Shown here piece after piece: positions 1 through 10,036 of a DNA stretch of 64,000 bases. A program made the position numbers and the translations under genes. The stretch covers positions 150,310 through 214,309 of the forward strand of contig JAGCWX010000020.1 of NCBI GenBank assembly GCA_017961585.1. Direction: 5' to 3'. This stretch comes from Elusimicrobiaceae bacterium (GTDB lineage: Bacteria; Elusimicrobiota; Elusimicrobia; Elusimicrobiales; Elusimicrobiaceae). Numbering within the stretch: position 1 is the first letter of the stretch; each line of letters starts with the position of its first letter. Below the pieces are notes generated by a model, which saw only the letters and a list, made by a program, of their open reading frames with translations, searched no databases and was not told the DNA's origin.

Positions 1-1
1 A

Positions 2-1012
2 GTGCAAATGGCCAAGGATTATCCCATTACCCCCAAAGAACACGGCCCCGAATTTTTGATGCACAACCGCCACTTGTGGTTGCGTTCCGCGCGGCAGATG
101 GCTATCTTGCGCGTGCGCGACGAAATCATTTTTGCCATCCGCGATTACTTCCACAAGCACGGGTTTATTTTGTCCGACTCGCCGATTTTAACCCCTGCCG
201 CGTGCGAAGGCACCAGCACCCTTTTTGAAACTGACTACTTCGGCGAGAAAGCATTTTTATCTCAAAGCGGTCAACTCTACGGCGAGGCCTCTGCCATGGC
301 CCTAGGCCGCACGTTTTGTTTCGGGCCGACGTTTCGCGCGGAAAAATCCAAAACCCGCCGCCACCTTACCGAATTTTGGATGGTAGAACCCGAAGTGGCC
401 TATAACGATTTGGATGACAACATGGACCTGGCCGAAGACTTTATTAAATACATCATCGGTCAAGTGCTTAAAAACCGCGCGGCGGACCTCAAAATTTTGG
501 AGCGCGATACTTCTAAATTGCAAGCCACCGTGGAAAAGAAATTCCCGCGTATTGACTACACCGATGCGATTGAAATTTTGCACAAAAAAGGCAACAACAC
601 CCCCTGGGGCGGCGATATCGGCGGCGACGAAGAAACTCTGCTGGGCGAAGATTACGACACGCCCATTATGATTCACCGTTACCCGGCCGCCATCAAGGCC
701 TTCTACATGAAGCGCGACCCGAAGAACCCCAAAGTGGTTTTGGCGGTGGACGTCATCGGCCCCGAAGGCGCCGGCGAAATTATCGGCGGTAGCGAAAGAG
801 AAGCCGACTACGATACCCTCGTAGAACGCATCAAAGAACAAGGCCTGGATCCGCAAAATTACGACTGGTACCTGGATTTGCGCCGCTACGGCAGTGTGCC
901 GCACGCCGGGTTCGGCATGGGCATTGAACGTATGGTACGCTGGGTATGTGGCCTGCAACACGTGCGCGAAACCATCCCCTTCCCGCGTATGATGGACAAA
1001 ATCCGCCCGTAG
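2..1012 (+). CDS. asnS: Asparagine--tRNA ligase, 5' end outside window
   Basis: Class IIb synthetase motifs [17 protein letters not shown] and [15 protein letters not shown]; [10 protein letters not shown] and SQSGQLY are typical of AsnRS. Confidence 0.93.
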   Translation: MQMAKDYPITPKEHGPEFLMHNRHLWLRSARQMAILRVRDEIIFAIRDYFHKHGFILSDSPILTPAACEGTSTLFETDYFGEKAFLSQSGQLYGEASAMALGRTFCFGPTFRAEKSKTRRHLTEFWMVEPEVAYNDLDDNMDLAEDFIKYIIGQVLKNRAADLKILERDTSKLQATVEKKFPRIDYTDAIEILHKKGNNTPWGGDIGGDEETLLGEDYDTPIMIHRYPAAIKAFYMKRDPKNPKVVLAVDVIGPEGAGEIIGGSEREADYDTLVERIKEQGLDPQNYDWYLDLRRYGSVPHAGFGMGIERMVRWVCGLQHVRETIPFPRMMDKIRP

Positions 1013-1026
1013 GTTGCGATCGTTCA

Positions 1027-1066
1027 TTTTTTTCCCCCCGCAAGATTTCTTCCTGCGGGGGTTTTT
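1027..1066 (+). terminator. Intrinsic terminator after asnS
   Basis: Stem cccccgca/tgcggggg flanked by T-tracts. Confidence 0.7.
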
Positions 1067-1072
1067 GTTAAA

Positions 1073-1081
1073 TGCTACAAT
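1073..1081 (+). promoter_or_regulatory. Extended -10 promoter of uppS, likely leaderless
   Basis: TGCTACAAT 6 nt before ATG 1088; no SD. Confidence 0.6.
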
Positions 1082-1087
1082 ATACCT

Positions 1088-1774
1088 ATGTCAAATCCGA
1101 TTCCAACACACGTGGCTATTATTATGGACGGGAACGGCCGCTGGGCTAATCAGCGCCGCTTGCCGCGCTTGGCCGGGCACCGCGAAGGTGCCAACGCCGT
1201 CCAACGCACGATTGAAGCCGCGCAAGCGTTGGGAATCAAATTCTTAACGCTGTATGCTTTTTCAACGGAAAATTGGTCCCGCCCGCAAGACGAAATTGAC
1301 GGGCTGATGGACCTGCTGTGCAAAACATTGGATACGTATACCGACCAAGCGCACAAGAAAAACTACCGCTTGCTGGTAAGCGGTTCGCGCGAAAAGCTGC
1401 CCCCCACCGTCTTAGAAAAAATAGACAAGGCCCTGCAAGCTACTGCCAACCATACGGGACTTACCGTCAATTTGGCATTGAACTACGGGGCCCGGCAGGA
1501 AATTGTCCACGCCGTAAATACGCTTTTGGCGCAAGGGAAAAAAGCAATCTCTATGGACGATATTTCCGCCCACCTTTATCAACCCGCCGTGCCGGACCCG
1601 GAACTCATCATCCGTACGTCGGGCGAGGAACGCCTCTCTAACTTTTTACTTTGGCAAGCTGCCTATAGCGAGTTTTACTTTTCCCCCGTCTTGTGGCCCG
1701 ATTTTAACGCCCAAGAACTTCAAAAAGCACTGGATGCTTACGCCCAGCGTACGCGGAGGTTCGGCGGCGTATGA
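1088..1774 (+). CDS. uppS: Undecaprenyl diphosphate synthase
   Basis: HVAIIMDGNGRWA, YAFSTENWSRP, IRTSGEERLSNFLLWQ. Confidence 0.96.
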   Translation: MSNPIPTHVAIIMDGNGRWANQRRLPRLAGHREGANAVQRTIEAAQALGIKFLTLYAFSTENWSRPQDEIDGLMDLLCKTLDTYTDQAHKKNYRLLVSGSREKLPPTVLEKIDKALQATANHTGLTVNLALNYGARQEIVHAVNTLLAQGKKAISMDDISAHLYQPAVPDPELIIRTSGEERLSNFLLWQAAYSEFYFSPVLWPDFNAQELQKALDAYAQRTRRFGGV

Positions 1775-2487
1775 CCTCGCAACCGCTCAAAACGCGCACA
1801 CAAGAATTGGTGCGGCGCATTACGCAGCTCTCTTCGCCGGCGTTTAAGGCACAAATGCAAAAACGTTTTGGCATCAACACGCAGTTTGCCGTCGGCACCC
1901 CCGTCACCGCTTTACGCCAAATTATCAAAACTCTTCCCCGGCCAGATCAAGAACTGGCCGACGCCCTTTGGGCCACCCAAATTCACGAGGCGCGCATCAT
2001 GGCCTCTATGCTGGCCGATCCCCTTAAAATGACGCGCGCGCAGTTGGACGTTTGGGCGAAAGATTTAAACTCGTGGGATATTTGCGATGCGTGTGCGCTT
2101 AATTTATTTTCGCGTGGGAACTTGCCGCTTAAACTGGCCGAACATTGGATTAAAAAAGAACAAGAATTTGTCCGCCGGGCGGGGTTTGCCACCTTGGCGG
2201 TGCTGGCTATGCCACGCGCAAAAACTTCCGATAAAGATTTGCTGAAAATGTTGCCGCTGATTAAAAATCACGCCGCAGATCCGCGCCCCATGGTACACAA
2301 AGCCGTCAATTGGGCACTGCGCAACATTGGCAAGAAAAACCCGCGCCTTACGCCTTATGCCGTCAAGTGCGCCAACGAGATTTTGGACTTGTACGAAGGC
2401 AACCGCACTGCCGTATGGGTAGCCAAAAATGCCTTGTGGGAACTCAACTCCCCGCAAGTTAAAAAGATGATTGCCGGGCGGAAATAA
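1771..2487 (+). CDS. DNA alkylation repair protein (AlkD-like HEAT-repeat family)
   Basis: LWAT..HEAR, WAKDLNSWDICD, EFVRRAGF, VHKAVNWALRNIGK. Confidence 0.8.
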   Translation: MTSQPLKTRTQELVRRITQLSSPAFKAQMQKRFGINTQFAVGTPVTALRQIIKTLPRPDQELADALWATQIHEARIMASMLADPLKMTRAQLDVWAKDLNSWDICDACALNLFSRGNLPLKLAEHWIKKEQEFVRRAGFATLAVLAMPRAKTSDKDLLKMLPLIKNHAADPRPMVHKAVNWALRNIGKKNPRLTPYAVKCANEILDLYEGNRTAVWVAKNALWELNSPQVKKMIAGRK

Positions 2488-2488
2488 T

Positions 2489-3631
2489 ATGAACTTGCAA
2501 AATTTAGAGCTGCCTACTTCTTCATTTTCCTGCGGGCCCGGGCAAGGGCTAACTAGTGTGCGCACCGCACAGCTTTACCAAACGTTTTTTGAGCGTAGCC
2601 ACCGTGCGGCGGATATGTCCTTTGACGGGCTGTACAAAGAAACTACCGAACATCTACGCACGCTTCTGCGCATTCCGGCAGATTACACCCTGCTCTTTTT
2701 CCCCGGCGGAGCCACCGCCGCGATGGACGCCGTACTGTGGAGTTTGTGCCAAGATAGCGTTAGCGGCGTGGATATCGGCGCGTTTAGCCACCTGTTTTGC
2801 GACGTACTTTCGCACCGATTAGAACCTTCCGTACGTAAAACCTGGGTGCCTGCCGATAAAAATTTTCTGCCCACCGCCTTGCCCGATACCACCGCCAGTT
2901 TGATCCTGCTCACGCCGAACGAAACCTCTACCGGGGTGCAATTGCCCGACGATTATTTACAAGCAATTTGGCAACAACGCGGCAAGGATTCCCTCGTAGT
3001 ATGGGATACCACTTCCTGCGCGGGCGGACGCAATCTGCCGCAAGGAGCGTACGACGTGATGCTTTTGGGGTTGCAAAAATGTTTAGGCGCAGGCGGCGGC
3101 ACGTGTGCAATTGCACTCAGCCCCCGTGCGATGGAGCGCGCCAAACATCCCGTGCGTTCCATTCCCTTTTTCTTGGATTTGCAAAACGCCCTTTTTTATA
3201 CGGACAAATTTCAAACGCTTAATACCCCCTCCACCATTAATATTTGGATGGCCAACGAGGCTTGCAAATGGATGCTGGCCCACGGGGGTTTAGAGACAAT
3301 GGATAAACTGTGCCGCCAGCACGCGGATTATTTAGTGCGTTGGGCCGAACATTCCCCGTATTTCAAACCGCTGATTTCAGACGAAAAATACCGCTCGTTC
3401 ACCACCCTTACGCTGGCAACCACTCACCCGGCCGTAACGGGAGAAAAAATTGCAAAAGCACTGCGGGAAACCGGCCGGCAAAACTTGGCGGATGGCCTTA
3501 AAAAATACCGCACCGTAGCGCAGGACTCTATCCGCGTGGCGTGTTTCCCGTTTGTGGATACGCAGGGCGTGGAACAGTATAAAAAACTAACTGCCTTGCT
3601 AGATGAACTAGCCCGGCAGTTTAGCAAATAA
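2489..3631 (+). CDS. serC: Class V PLP aminotransferase, phosphoserine aminotransferase-like
   Basis: FSCGPGQ N-terminus, GGATAAMD, NETSTGV, WDTTS, PLP lysine in GLQK, TLNTP; start moved to ATG 2489. Confidence 0.7.
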   Translation: MNLQNLELPTSSFSCGPGQGLTSVRTAQLYQTFFERSHRAADMSFDGLYKETTEHLRTLLRIPADYTLLFFPGGATAAMDAVLWSLCQDSVSGVDIGAFSHLFCDVLSHRLEPSVRKTWVPADKNFLPTALPDTTASLILLTPNETSTGVQLPDDYLQAIWQQRGKDSLVVWDTTSCAGGRNLPQGAYDVMLLGLQKCLGAGGGTCAIALSPRAMERAKHPVRSIPFFLDLQNALFYTDKFQTLNTPSTINIWMANEACKWMLAHGGLETMDKLCRQHADYLVRWAEHSPYFKPLISDEKYRSFTTLTLATTHPAVTGEKIAKALRETGRQNLADGLKKYRTVAQDSIRVACFPFVDTQGVEQYKKLTALLDELARQFSK

Positions 3632-3642
3632 ATACGCTCCAA

Positions 3643-4560
3643 TTATACTTCGCGCGGGTCTTTATCAATATACCCAAATTGTTCCAAAAATGTTTTGCTG
3701 TTGCGCCAATCGGGCGATACCACCACGTTTAATTCCACGCGGAATTTTTTGCCTAAAAATTCTTCAATGCGCTTTTGGCTGCGCTCGCGCAGTTTGGCAA
3801 TCATACTGCCGCCCTTGCCGATGAGGATGGGTTTTTGGCTCTCGCGCTCAACGTGAATATTGGCGCGGATAAAATTTTTAGGGCCTAGATTCTCGGCAAA
3901 TTTTTCAATTTCCACGTAGGTGCTGTACGGAATTTCCTGTTGATACAACAAGAAAATTTGCTCCCGGATGAACTCGGCCGCGTAAAAACGTTCCCAGCGG
4001 TCGGTCCATTGGTCGGGCGGGAAATACGCCGGGCTGTTGGGCATTGCATCCACCACCGCTTGTTTGAGCGGTTCAAGCCCCGTTCCCTTGGCGGCACTGA
4101 TTAAAAAAGTCTTTTGGATAGGCAATTGGTCTTTGGCACACGTTTCCAAGGCCTCCAGCACGGTGTGATCCTGCACTAAATCTACCTTGTTAAGGACGAG
4201 GAAAATCGGGCAGAACAACGTTTTTAATTTGGCGATTAGTTTTTCGTTGTCGGCAAAATCGGCCGTAGCGTCCACCATAAAAAGCACCACGTCGGCATCC
4301 TCGCGCACGGCGCGGTCTACACAGTCCGACATGGTTTGCTGTAATTTGTATTTAGGGATCAAAAACCCGGGCGTATCAACATATACCACTTGGTAGTTAT
4401 CCCCTTGCGAAATAGCCAAAATGTTTTGGCGCGTGGTTTGGGGCTTATGCGTAACGGCGGAAAGGAGTCCCCCCGCCAGCTGATTGAGAAGCGTAGACTT
4501 GCCTGCATTGGGCAGCCCGGCCAGTACCGCAAAACCACTCTTAAAATGTTGCTCGCTCAT
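3643..4560 (-). CDS. era: GTPase Era
   Basis: GLPNAGKST, PQTTR, DTPG, NKVD, C-terminal KH region with QEIPYS and GKGG. Confidence 0.96.
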   Translation of the reverse strand: MSEQHFKSGFAVLAGLPNAGKSTLLNQLAGGLLSAVTHKPQTTRQNILAISQGDNYQVVYVDTPGFLIPKYKLQQTMSDCVDRAVREDADVVLFMVDATADFADNEKLIAKLKTLFCPIFLVLNKVDLVQDHTVLEALETCAKDQLPIQKTFLISAAKGTGLEPLKQAVVDAMPNSPAYFPPDQWTDRWERFYAAEFIREQIFLLYQQEIPYSTYVEIEKFAENLGPKNFIRANIHVERESQKPILIGKGGSMIAKLRERSQKRIEEFLGKKFRVELNVVVSPDWRNSKTFLEQFGYIDKDPREV

Positions 4561-4606
4561 AGAATTATTATACTTATTTGCAGACTAAAAGTGTTATACT
4601 ACTTGT

Positions 4607-5224
4607 ATGAAATGGTTTATAGGGCTTTTATTTTGTGCCATGCCGCTGGGAGCTGCTACCCTGGAGGAAGCCGGCCTGGTGAATGTACAAACAGTGGCGG
4701 ATTTACCCGTGTTTGTCAGCTTGCGCTACGCCACCACGGATAACTTTACCGGGAAGAAAATTTACACTTCCGACGCGTGCTATTTGCATAAAGAAGCCGT
4801 TGAAGGGCTCAAAATTGCCACTCAATTGGCGGCCGCACAACCGGAAGCGTTTACATTTTGTTTGTGGGACTGTTACCGCCCGCAGCAAGCGCAAGAAAAA
4901 CTATGGGCTGCGGCCCCGCGCCCCAATTATGTAGCCCCACCGCAAAAAGGTTCGCGCCATAGCCGTGGAATGTCGGTTGATTTAACGCCGTGTGATTTAA
5001 ACGGGAACCCTTTACCGATGCCGACGGATTTTGATAGCTTTACCCCCCGTGCACACATGGACTACAAAAAATTGCCGGCTGATATTCTCAACCGGCGCGA
5101 AACACTTAAAAAAATTATGGAAGAGGCCGGGTTCACTTATACCCGCACGGAGTGGTGGCACTTTGATAAAAGAGGGTGGAAGAAAAAGCCGCTGCTTAAC
5201 CTCTTGCCGCCTAAGTCAAATTAG
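4607..5224 (+). CDS. ddpX: D-Ala-D-Ala dipeptidase (VanX/DdpX, M15D) with signal peptide
   Basis: LRYATTDNFTG, WDCYRP, SRHSRGMSVDLT, EWWHF. Confidence 0.88.
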   Translation: MKWFIGLLFCAMPLGAATLEEAGLVNVQTVADLPVFVSLRYATTDNFTGKKIYTSDACYLHKEAVEGLKIATQLAAAQPEAFTFCLWDCYRPQQAQEKLWAAAPRPNYVAPPQKGSRHSRGMSVDLTPCDLNGNPLPMPTDFDSFTPRAHMDYKKLPADILNRRETLKKIMEEAGFTYTRTEWWHFDKRGWKKKPLLNLLPPKSN

Positions 5225-6867
5225 TTGTTGGGGATCAAATCGCCTACCCGATAATACTCTTCCATTTCTTTTCTTCTTTGATCTTCGGGAAGGTCTTTGC
5301 GTTTTTCTTCTTCTAATTCTATTTGTCTACCGTTCATCCAACGGTTGAGTTCGTTCTCGTACGCTTTTTGCTTGTCTGCCCGCTCTTTGGGCGAAAGAGG
5401 CGTTTGGTACAGCTGGTTCATTTTGGCTTTGTAGTTTTCCAGTTGGTCCTTATATTCTTGATAAACTTCGTCCCCGTAAAACTTACGTACATTTTCCAAA
5501 ATTTCGTTCCCCTTAACTTCTAAATCGGCGGTCCCTTCGTCAATTTCTTTTTGGGTGGCTTTACGAGGGGCACTAATCACCTGGCCGGCTTCTTCCAACT
5601 CGCCCAGTGCTTTTCTTGTCTTATCGTCCTGCTCGCGTTGCCACTTTAAATAATCCACCACGGACCCGCTTTTTGCCGCCAAATCTTTAACGGCAGTGTC
5701 AAACTCTTGCTCATTTTTGGCCAGCTGCGTAAAATATTCTTCCTGCGATAAGTTTTGATTGAGCAAATCGTTATCTTTTTTAAATTTTTCGTCAACCAGG
5801 CGGGCAATTTGCTCTCTATCTTGCGGGTAGAGGTTGCCTAATTCTTCCTTTTGCTGATTGGCCTTTGCCAGGCGGTCCTGCATAAATTTATCGTACTGGC
5901 TTTTTTCTTCCAGCTTGTTCATTTTGTCTTGGTACTTTTTGGTGATTTCTTTGACGCGCTGGGCTTTTGCTTCGGGCGAAGCGGAAGCATCACTCACCGC
6001 CGAGGAAACTTCCCCGGCAAACGAGTCCATCAGCTGGCTGGCTTGTTTCGCCGCCCCCGACCCGAAAGCATTGCCAAAGCCATTTACAATGGACTGCTTT
6101 TGCGAGGCAATAGCATTGACCACCGGGGCAAACTCGCCAGCGGCGGCAGCTTCCTGCGGAGTAAGAGCAGACGTTTCCGAACCCTTGGCGGAATATTTCT
6201 CAATCATTTGTTCTTTTTTGCTCTTAGGCGTTAAGGCACGCATGACAGCCCGCTCAATAGCCGTGGACAAATTGGCCAATTTTTCGTTCATTTGCTCTTG
6301 CTGTTTGCGGTTGGGTTTTAAAAACGAGGGCAACATGCGGGAGGTGCGTTCATCCTGCATCCGGCTTTGGGCATTGCCGTTCCACGCCACGGAAGGCCCT
6401 ATTGTTTGACCGGATGAGCGAGAGGAAGTAGCCCCTTGCGCTCCCGAGGAGGCAGATTTATCTTGCGAATAAAAGTTGGTATCTACAAAACGTTTCCCGT
6501 TTTCGCGTGCAGCCGGACGATTGGCCCCGCGCCGCGCAGATAAATTACCAGGATTTCCCCCACCTGCAGCCGTATTTGTACGGCCCGCGTTTGCGTATGA
6601 AGGACGCCCTTCGGCCGACGTAGCGCGCGGCGATTCTTGCGCAGACGTGCCGGAGTGCGGCAGCAATTCATCCCACTTGGCGGAAATAGGGGCCGCACCT
6701 TCCGACAAAACGGAACCGGCTTGCGCGGAGGAGGTGGCTTGTGAGCCCGACGGACGCGCCGCGGGTTTGGACGGTTCGTAAATCAACACGCGCCACAACG
6801 CCAAGATGATAATCGCGGCGGCGGCTACGCCTAATACAATTTTTAAAGTACTGTTATTCTCTTCCAT
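5221..6867 (-). CDS. Membrane-anchored hypothetical protein with low-complexity linker and coiled coils
   Basis: Long ORF with a single N-terminal TM (IVLGVAAAAIIILALW), S/A/G-rich linker and E/K/Q-rich helical C-terminal half; start MEENN at 6867. Confidence 0.75.
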   Translation of the reverse strand: MEENNSTLKIVLGVAAAAIIILALWRVLIYEPSKPAARPSGSQATSSAQAGSVLSEGAAPISAKWDELLPHSGTSAQESPRATSAEGRPSYANAGRTNTAAGGGNPGNLSARRGANRPAARENGKRFVDTNFYSQDKSASSGAQGATSSRSSGQTIGPSVAWNGNAQSRMQDERTSRMLPSFLKPNRKQQEQMNEKLANLSTAIERAVMRALTPKSKKEQMIEKYSAKGSETSALTPQEAAAAGEFAPVVNAIASQKQSIVNGFGNAFGSGAAKQASQLMDSFAGEVSSAVSDASASPEAKAQRVKEITKKYQDKMNKLEEKSQYDKFMQDRLAKANQQKEELGNLYPQDREQIARLVDEKFKKDNDLLNQNLSQEEYFTQLAKNEQEFDTAVKDLAAKSGSVVDYLKWQREQDDKTRKALGELEEAGQVISAPRKATQKEIDEGTADLEVKGNEILENVRKFYGDEVYQEYKDQLENYKAKMNQLYQTPLSPKERADKQKAYENELNRWMNGRQIELEEEKRKDLPEDQRRKEMEEYYRVGDLIPNN

Positions 6868-6934
6868 TACCAATAGTATAGAAAGGTTTTTAGGAAATTA
6901 CCAGGGCCAAAAGACCTAGACGTGCCTAGGCCTG

Positions 6935-6957
6935 TAAAAACCCCGCCGAAGCGGGGT
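6935..6957 (-). terminator. Intrinsic terminator after aspS
   Basis: ccccgc-cgaa-gcgggg with T-tract on the minus strand. Confidence 0.7.
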
Positions 6958-6962
6958 GGTAA

Positions 6963-8714
6963 TTAGTTCTCTTTAATAAGGGTGATGCCCAGGTCGGTCA
7001 GTTGCTGCTCGTCCACCACGTTGGGGGATGCCGTAAGCGGGCACACGGCTTGCGCTGTTTTGGGAAAGGCAATCACTTCGCGGATGGATTCTTCCCCGGC
7101 CAGCAACGCGGTGATACGGTCCAACCCCAGGCCGATTCCGCCGTGGGGCGGCGCGCCGGCTTCCAATGCGTTTAAGAGCATACCAAAGCGGCGGGCGGCT
7201 TCTTCTTTGGAGTGTTTCATCAACGCCAAAATACGTTCTTGCACGTCGCGGCGGCAGTTGCGCACGGAACCGGAGGCCAACTCGTTACCGTTTAACACAA
7301 GGTCAAACTGGTACGAGCGCACAGAGCCCGGGTCCTTCTCTAAATTGGGCAAATCTTCTTCCACCGGTGCGGTGAAAGGATTGTGCGCGGCATCCCAGCG
7401 GTTCTCTTCGGGGATGTACTCCAAAAGCGGGAAGTTGGTAATCCACGCAAAGGCCCAATCGCAAAGTTTGGGTAAATCTTTCACAAGTTCTTTGCGTAGC
7501 GCGCCCATGAAGTTTTGGCACGTGCGGATGTTGGCATCGCTCCCGATGAACACAGCGTCCCCGTCCTGCGCGCCTACTAAATTTTTCACAGTGGCTAATT
7601 CTTCGGGCGTGAAGAATTTGGCGGAAGGGCCTTCCACCGCGTCGCCTTTTACTTTGAGCCACACCAACCCTTTGGCACCGTTCTTTTTGACTAGCTCGGT
7701 CAGTTTATCCATTTGTCCGCGGGAATAAGCGCCACATTTTTCGCCGCGCACGGCATAAATAGCACCTTTGTTGGCTAGCACGTCGGCAAATACTTTAAAA
7801 CCGGTATGCGCGAAAACTTCGCCGGCGTTTTTAAGTTCTAAGCTGTAGCGCAAGTCCGGCTTGTCGGAACCGTAGCGTTCCATGGCCTCGCTAAAGGGCA
7901 ATTTGATAAACGGCGTTTGAAGTTCCTTGCCGGCGGTTTTGAAAATTTCTTTCATCAGCCCTTCTACCACGGTGTGAATATCGTCAATGGTCACAAAGGA
8001 CATTTCCATATCAATTTGCGTATGCTCGGGCTGGCGGTCGGCACGCAAGTCCTCATCGCGAAAGCACCGCGCCAATTGAAAGTAGCGGTCTATGCCGCTG
8101 GCCATTAAAGTTTGTTTGAACATTTGGGGGCTTTGTGGCAATGCGTAAAACTGGCCGTGGTGCACGCGGGAAGGCACTAGATAGTCGCGCGCGCCTTCGG
8201 GCGTGGAACGCGTTAAAACCGGGGTTTCCACTTCAATAAAGCCCTGCCCGTCCAAATACCGCCGCGCGGCTTGAGCAATGCGGTGGCGCAAATACAAATT
8301 GGCAAACATTTTGGGGTTGCGCAAATCCAAGTAGCGGTATTTTAGGCGGATTTCTTCCGACGCACCGCGCGATTTGTCCACATCAAACGGCAGCTGCACA
8401 CAGGTATTTAATACTTTGAAATCTTCGGCCACTACTTCAATTTCGCCGGTTTTCATATTTTTGTTGACGGCCCCTTCAATGCGGCGTTGCACGGTGCCGG
8501 TTACTTGCACCACGTATTCGTTACGCACGGCAGCCGCTTCGTTAAAAAACGGTTTGTTGGGTTCCACCACCACTTGGCATTCGCCGGCGCGGTCGCGCAG
8601 GTTGATAAACAGCACGCCCCCGTGGTTGCGGTAGGAATTGACCCACCCGCACAGCGTTTGTTTAGTTCCTAAAAATTGTGCGGTAATATCGCCGCAGTAA
8701 TTGGTTCGTTTCAT
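6963..8714 (-). CDS. aspS: Aspartate--tRNA ligase
   Basis: RNHGGVLFINLRD, LPQSPQMFKQ, CFRDEDLRADRQPE, GAPPHGGIGLGLDR. Confidence 0.97.
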   Translation of the reverse strand: MKRTNYCGDITAQFLGTKQTLCGWVNSYRNHGGVLFINLRDRAGECQVVVEPNKPFFNEAAAVRNEYVVQVTGTVQRRIEGAVNKNMKTGEIEVVAEDFKVLNTCVQLPFDVDKSRGASEEIRLKYRYLDLRNPKMFANLYLRHRIAQAARRYLDGQGFIEVETPVLTRSTPEGARDYLVPSRVHHGQFYALPQSPQMFKQTLMASGIDRYFQLARCFRDEDLRADRQPEHTQIDMEMSFVTIDDIHTVVEGLMKEIFKTAGKELQTPFIKLPFSEAMERYGSDKPDLRYSLELKNAGEVFAHTGFKVFADVLANKGAIYAVRGEKCGAYSRGQMDKLTELVKKNGAKGLVWLKVKGDAVEGPSAKFFTPEELATVKNLVGAQDGDAVFIGSDANIRTCQNFMGALRKELVKDLPKLCDWAFAWITNFPLLEYIPEENRWDAAHNPFTAPVEEDLPNLEKDPGSVRSYQFDLVLNGNELASGSVRNCRRDVQERILALMKHSKEEAARRFGMLLNALEAGAPPHGGIGLGLDRITALLAGEESIREVIAFPKTAQAVCPLTASPNVVDEQQLTDLGITLIKEN

Positions 8715-9940
8715 ACGATTTTTTTGACCTCGTTTACAACTTCGGCAAACGGAATTTGTTTTTGTTCGCCGGTGGTTAAATCTTTTAAGGTGGCCACTTG
8801 CTTGGCTAGTTCGTCGCCGCCTAGAATTAAAGCATAGCTGGCGCCACAGCGGTCGGCCTGTTTCATTTGCCCTTTGACGTTTTTGTCAAAGAGCCCCCCC
8901 TCGGTGCGGATGCCCGCACTGCGCAGGGTTTGCATGATGTTAAAGGCAGTTTCGTTGCACGGCTTTTCAAGCGATACCACGCACACGCTTTTGCGTTTTT
9001 GCACGGGCTGTTCGCCCCGGGCTAAAATAACGCGCTCGGCACCCATCGCCCAGCCGATGGCCGGGGTGGCCGGGCCGCCCATATTTTTGACCAGCGTATC
9101 GTAACGCCCGCCGGCCGCAATCGCGTTTTGAGAAGCGTCCCCCGCCTGAAATTCAAACACCGTGCGGGAATAATAATCCAGCCCGCGCACGAGCATCGGG
9201 TCCACCACAAAATCAATTTTGCCCTTGAGCAACTGCTGCACCGTATCAAAATGTTCTTGGCATTCAGGGCAGAGCTGCATCGTCGGCACGCGGCCTGCAA
9301 AACGGGCACCGTCAATTTTACAATCCAACACGCGCAAGGGGTTTTTCTCTAGGCGCGTTTGGCAATTTTCGCACAGTGTGTCTTTTTCTTTGGATAAGAA
9401 ATCAATAAGTGCTTGGCGGTAGAGCGGGCGGCATTTATCGCACCCTAAACTGTTGATTTTAACGGTATAATTTTTAGCACCGAACTTGGCCACAATGTCT
9501 TTAAGCATCAAAATGACTTCAGCATCAGCCGACGGGGCGGAATTACCAATATACTCAGCACCGATTTGTTCAAACTCGCGGTATCTTCCCGCTTGCGGGC
9601 GTTCCGCGCGAAACATATTGCCGATGTAATAAAACTTTTGCACCGGAGCGTTTTGCACAAAATTGTTTTCTAAATACGCGCGCACCACGCCGGGGGTTCC
9701 CTCGGGCCGGATGGCCAGCTGCCGATGCCCGGCATCTTCAAAGGCGTACATCTCTTTTTGGACGATGTCGGTCGTCTCGCCGGTGGATTTAACAAAGAGT
9801 TCTTTGAGCTCCACCGTGGGCAGGCGCAATTCGCCAAAGCCATACGTGGAAAACACGCCGCGGGCGCAGTTTTCCAGCTCTGTAAAGGTATTTGATTGGG
9901 GTTCAAAAATATCGCGGAACCCGCGTACTAGTTTTGCCAT
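8711..9940 (-). CDS. hisS: Histidine--tRNA ligase
   Basis: RPEGT, RAERPQAGRYREFEQ, LVRGLDYY, AGGRYD; start MAKLVRG at 9940. Confidence 0.97.
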   Translation of the reverse strand: MAKLVRGFRDIFEPQSNTFTELENCARGVFSTYGFGELRLPTVELKELFVKSTGETTDIVQKEMYAFEDAGHRQLAIRPEGTPGVVRAYLENNFVQNAPVQKFYYIGNMFRAERPQAGRYREFEQIGAEYIGNSAPSADAEVILMLKDIVAKFGAKNYTVKINSLGCDKCRPLYRQALIDFLSKEKDTLCENCQTRLEKNPLRVLDCKIDGARFAGRVPTMQLCPECQEHFDTVQQLLKGKIDFVVDPMLVRGLDYYSRTVFEFQAGDASQNAIAAGGRYDTLVKNMGGPATPAIGWAMGAERVILARGEQPVQKRKSVCVVSLEKPCNETAFNIMQTLRSAGIRTEGGLFDKNVKGQMKQADRCGASYALILGGDELAKQVATLKDLTTGEQKQIPFAEVVNEVKKIV

Positions 9941-9975
9941 ATAGCTATATTGTAGCATTTATGGACCTAGAGATG

Positions 9976-10005
9976 AAAATCCCCGCGCCTAAGCGCGGGG
10001 ATTTT
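9976..10005. terminator. Perfect inverted repeat, bidirectional terminator
   Basis: aaaatccccgcgc-ctaa-gcgcggggatttt. Confidence 0.8.
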
Positions 10006-10036
10006 AGTTCACAAAGGCCTTTTATTGCTGATATTT

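Noticed and set aside
302-1027. Long antisense ORFs in the ORF track (e.g. 302-1027, 6982-7728, 17873-18418, 30329-30937)
   Set aside because: They lie opposite well-conserved genes and have no motifs or RBS; shadow ORFs
4607-5224. VanX-like gene as vancomycin resistance
   Set aside because: No vanH/vanA/vanRS context; has a signal peptide and fits housekeeping DdpX-type dipeptidases
6910-6920. AAAGACCTAGA repeated at 62511-62521, with similar words at 9963 and about 15371
   Set aside because: A single 11-mer match is expected by chance at this scale; no consistent spacing or symmetry
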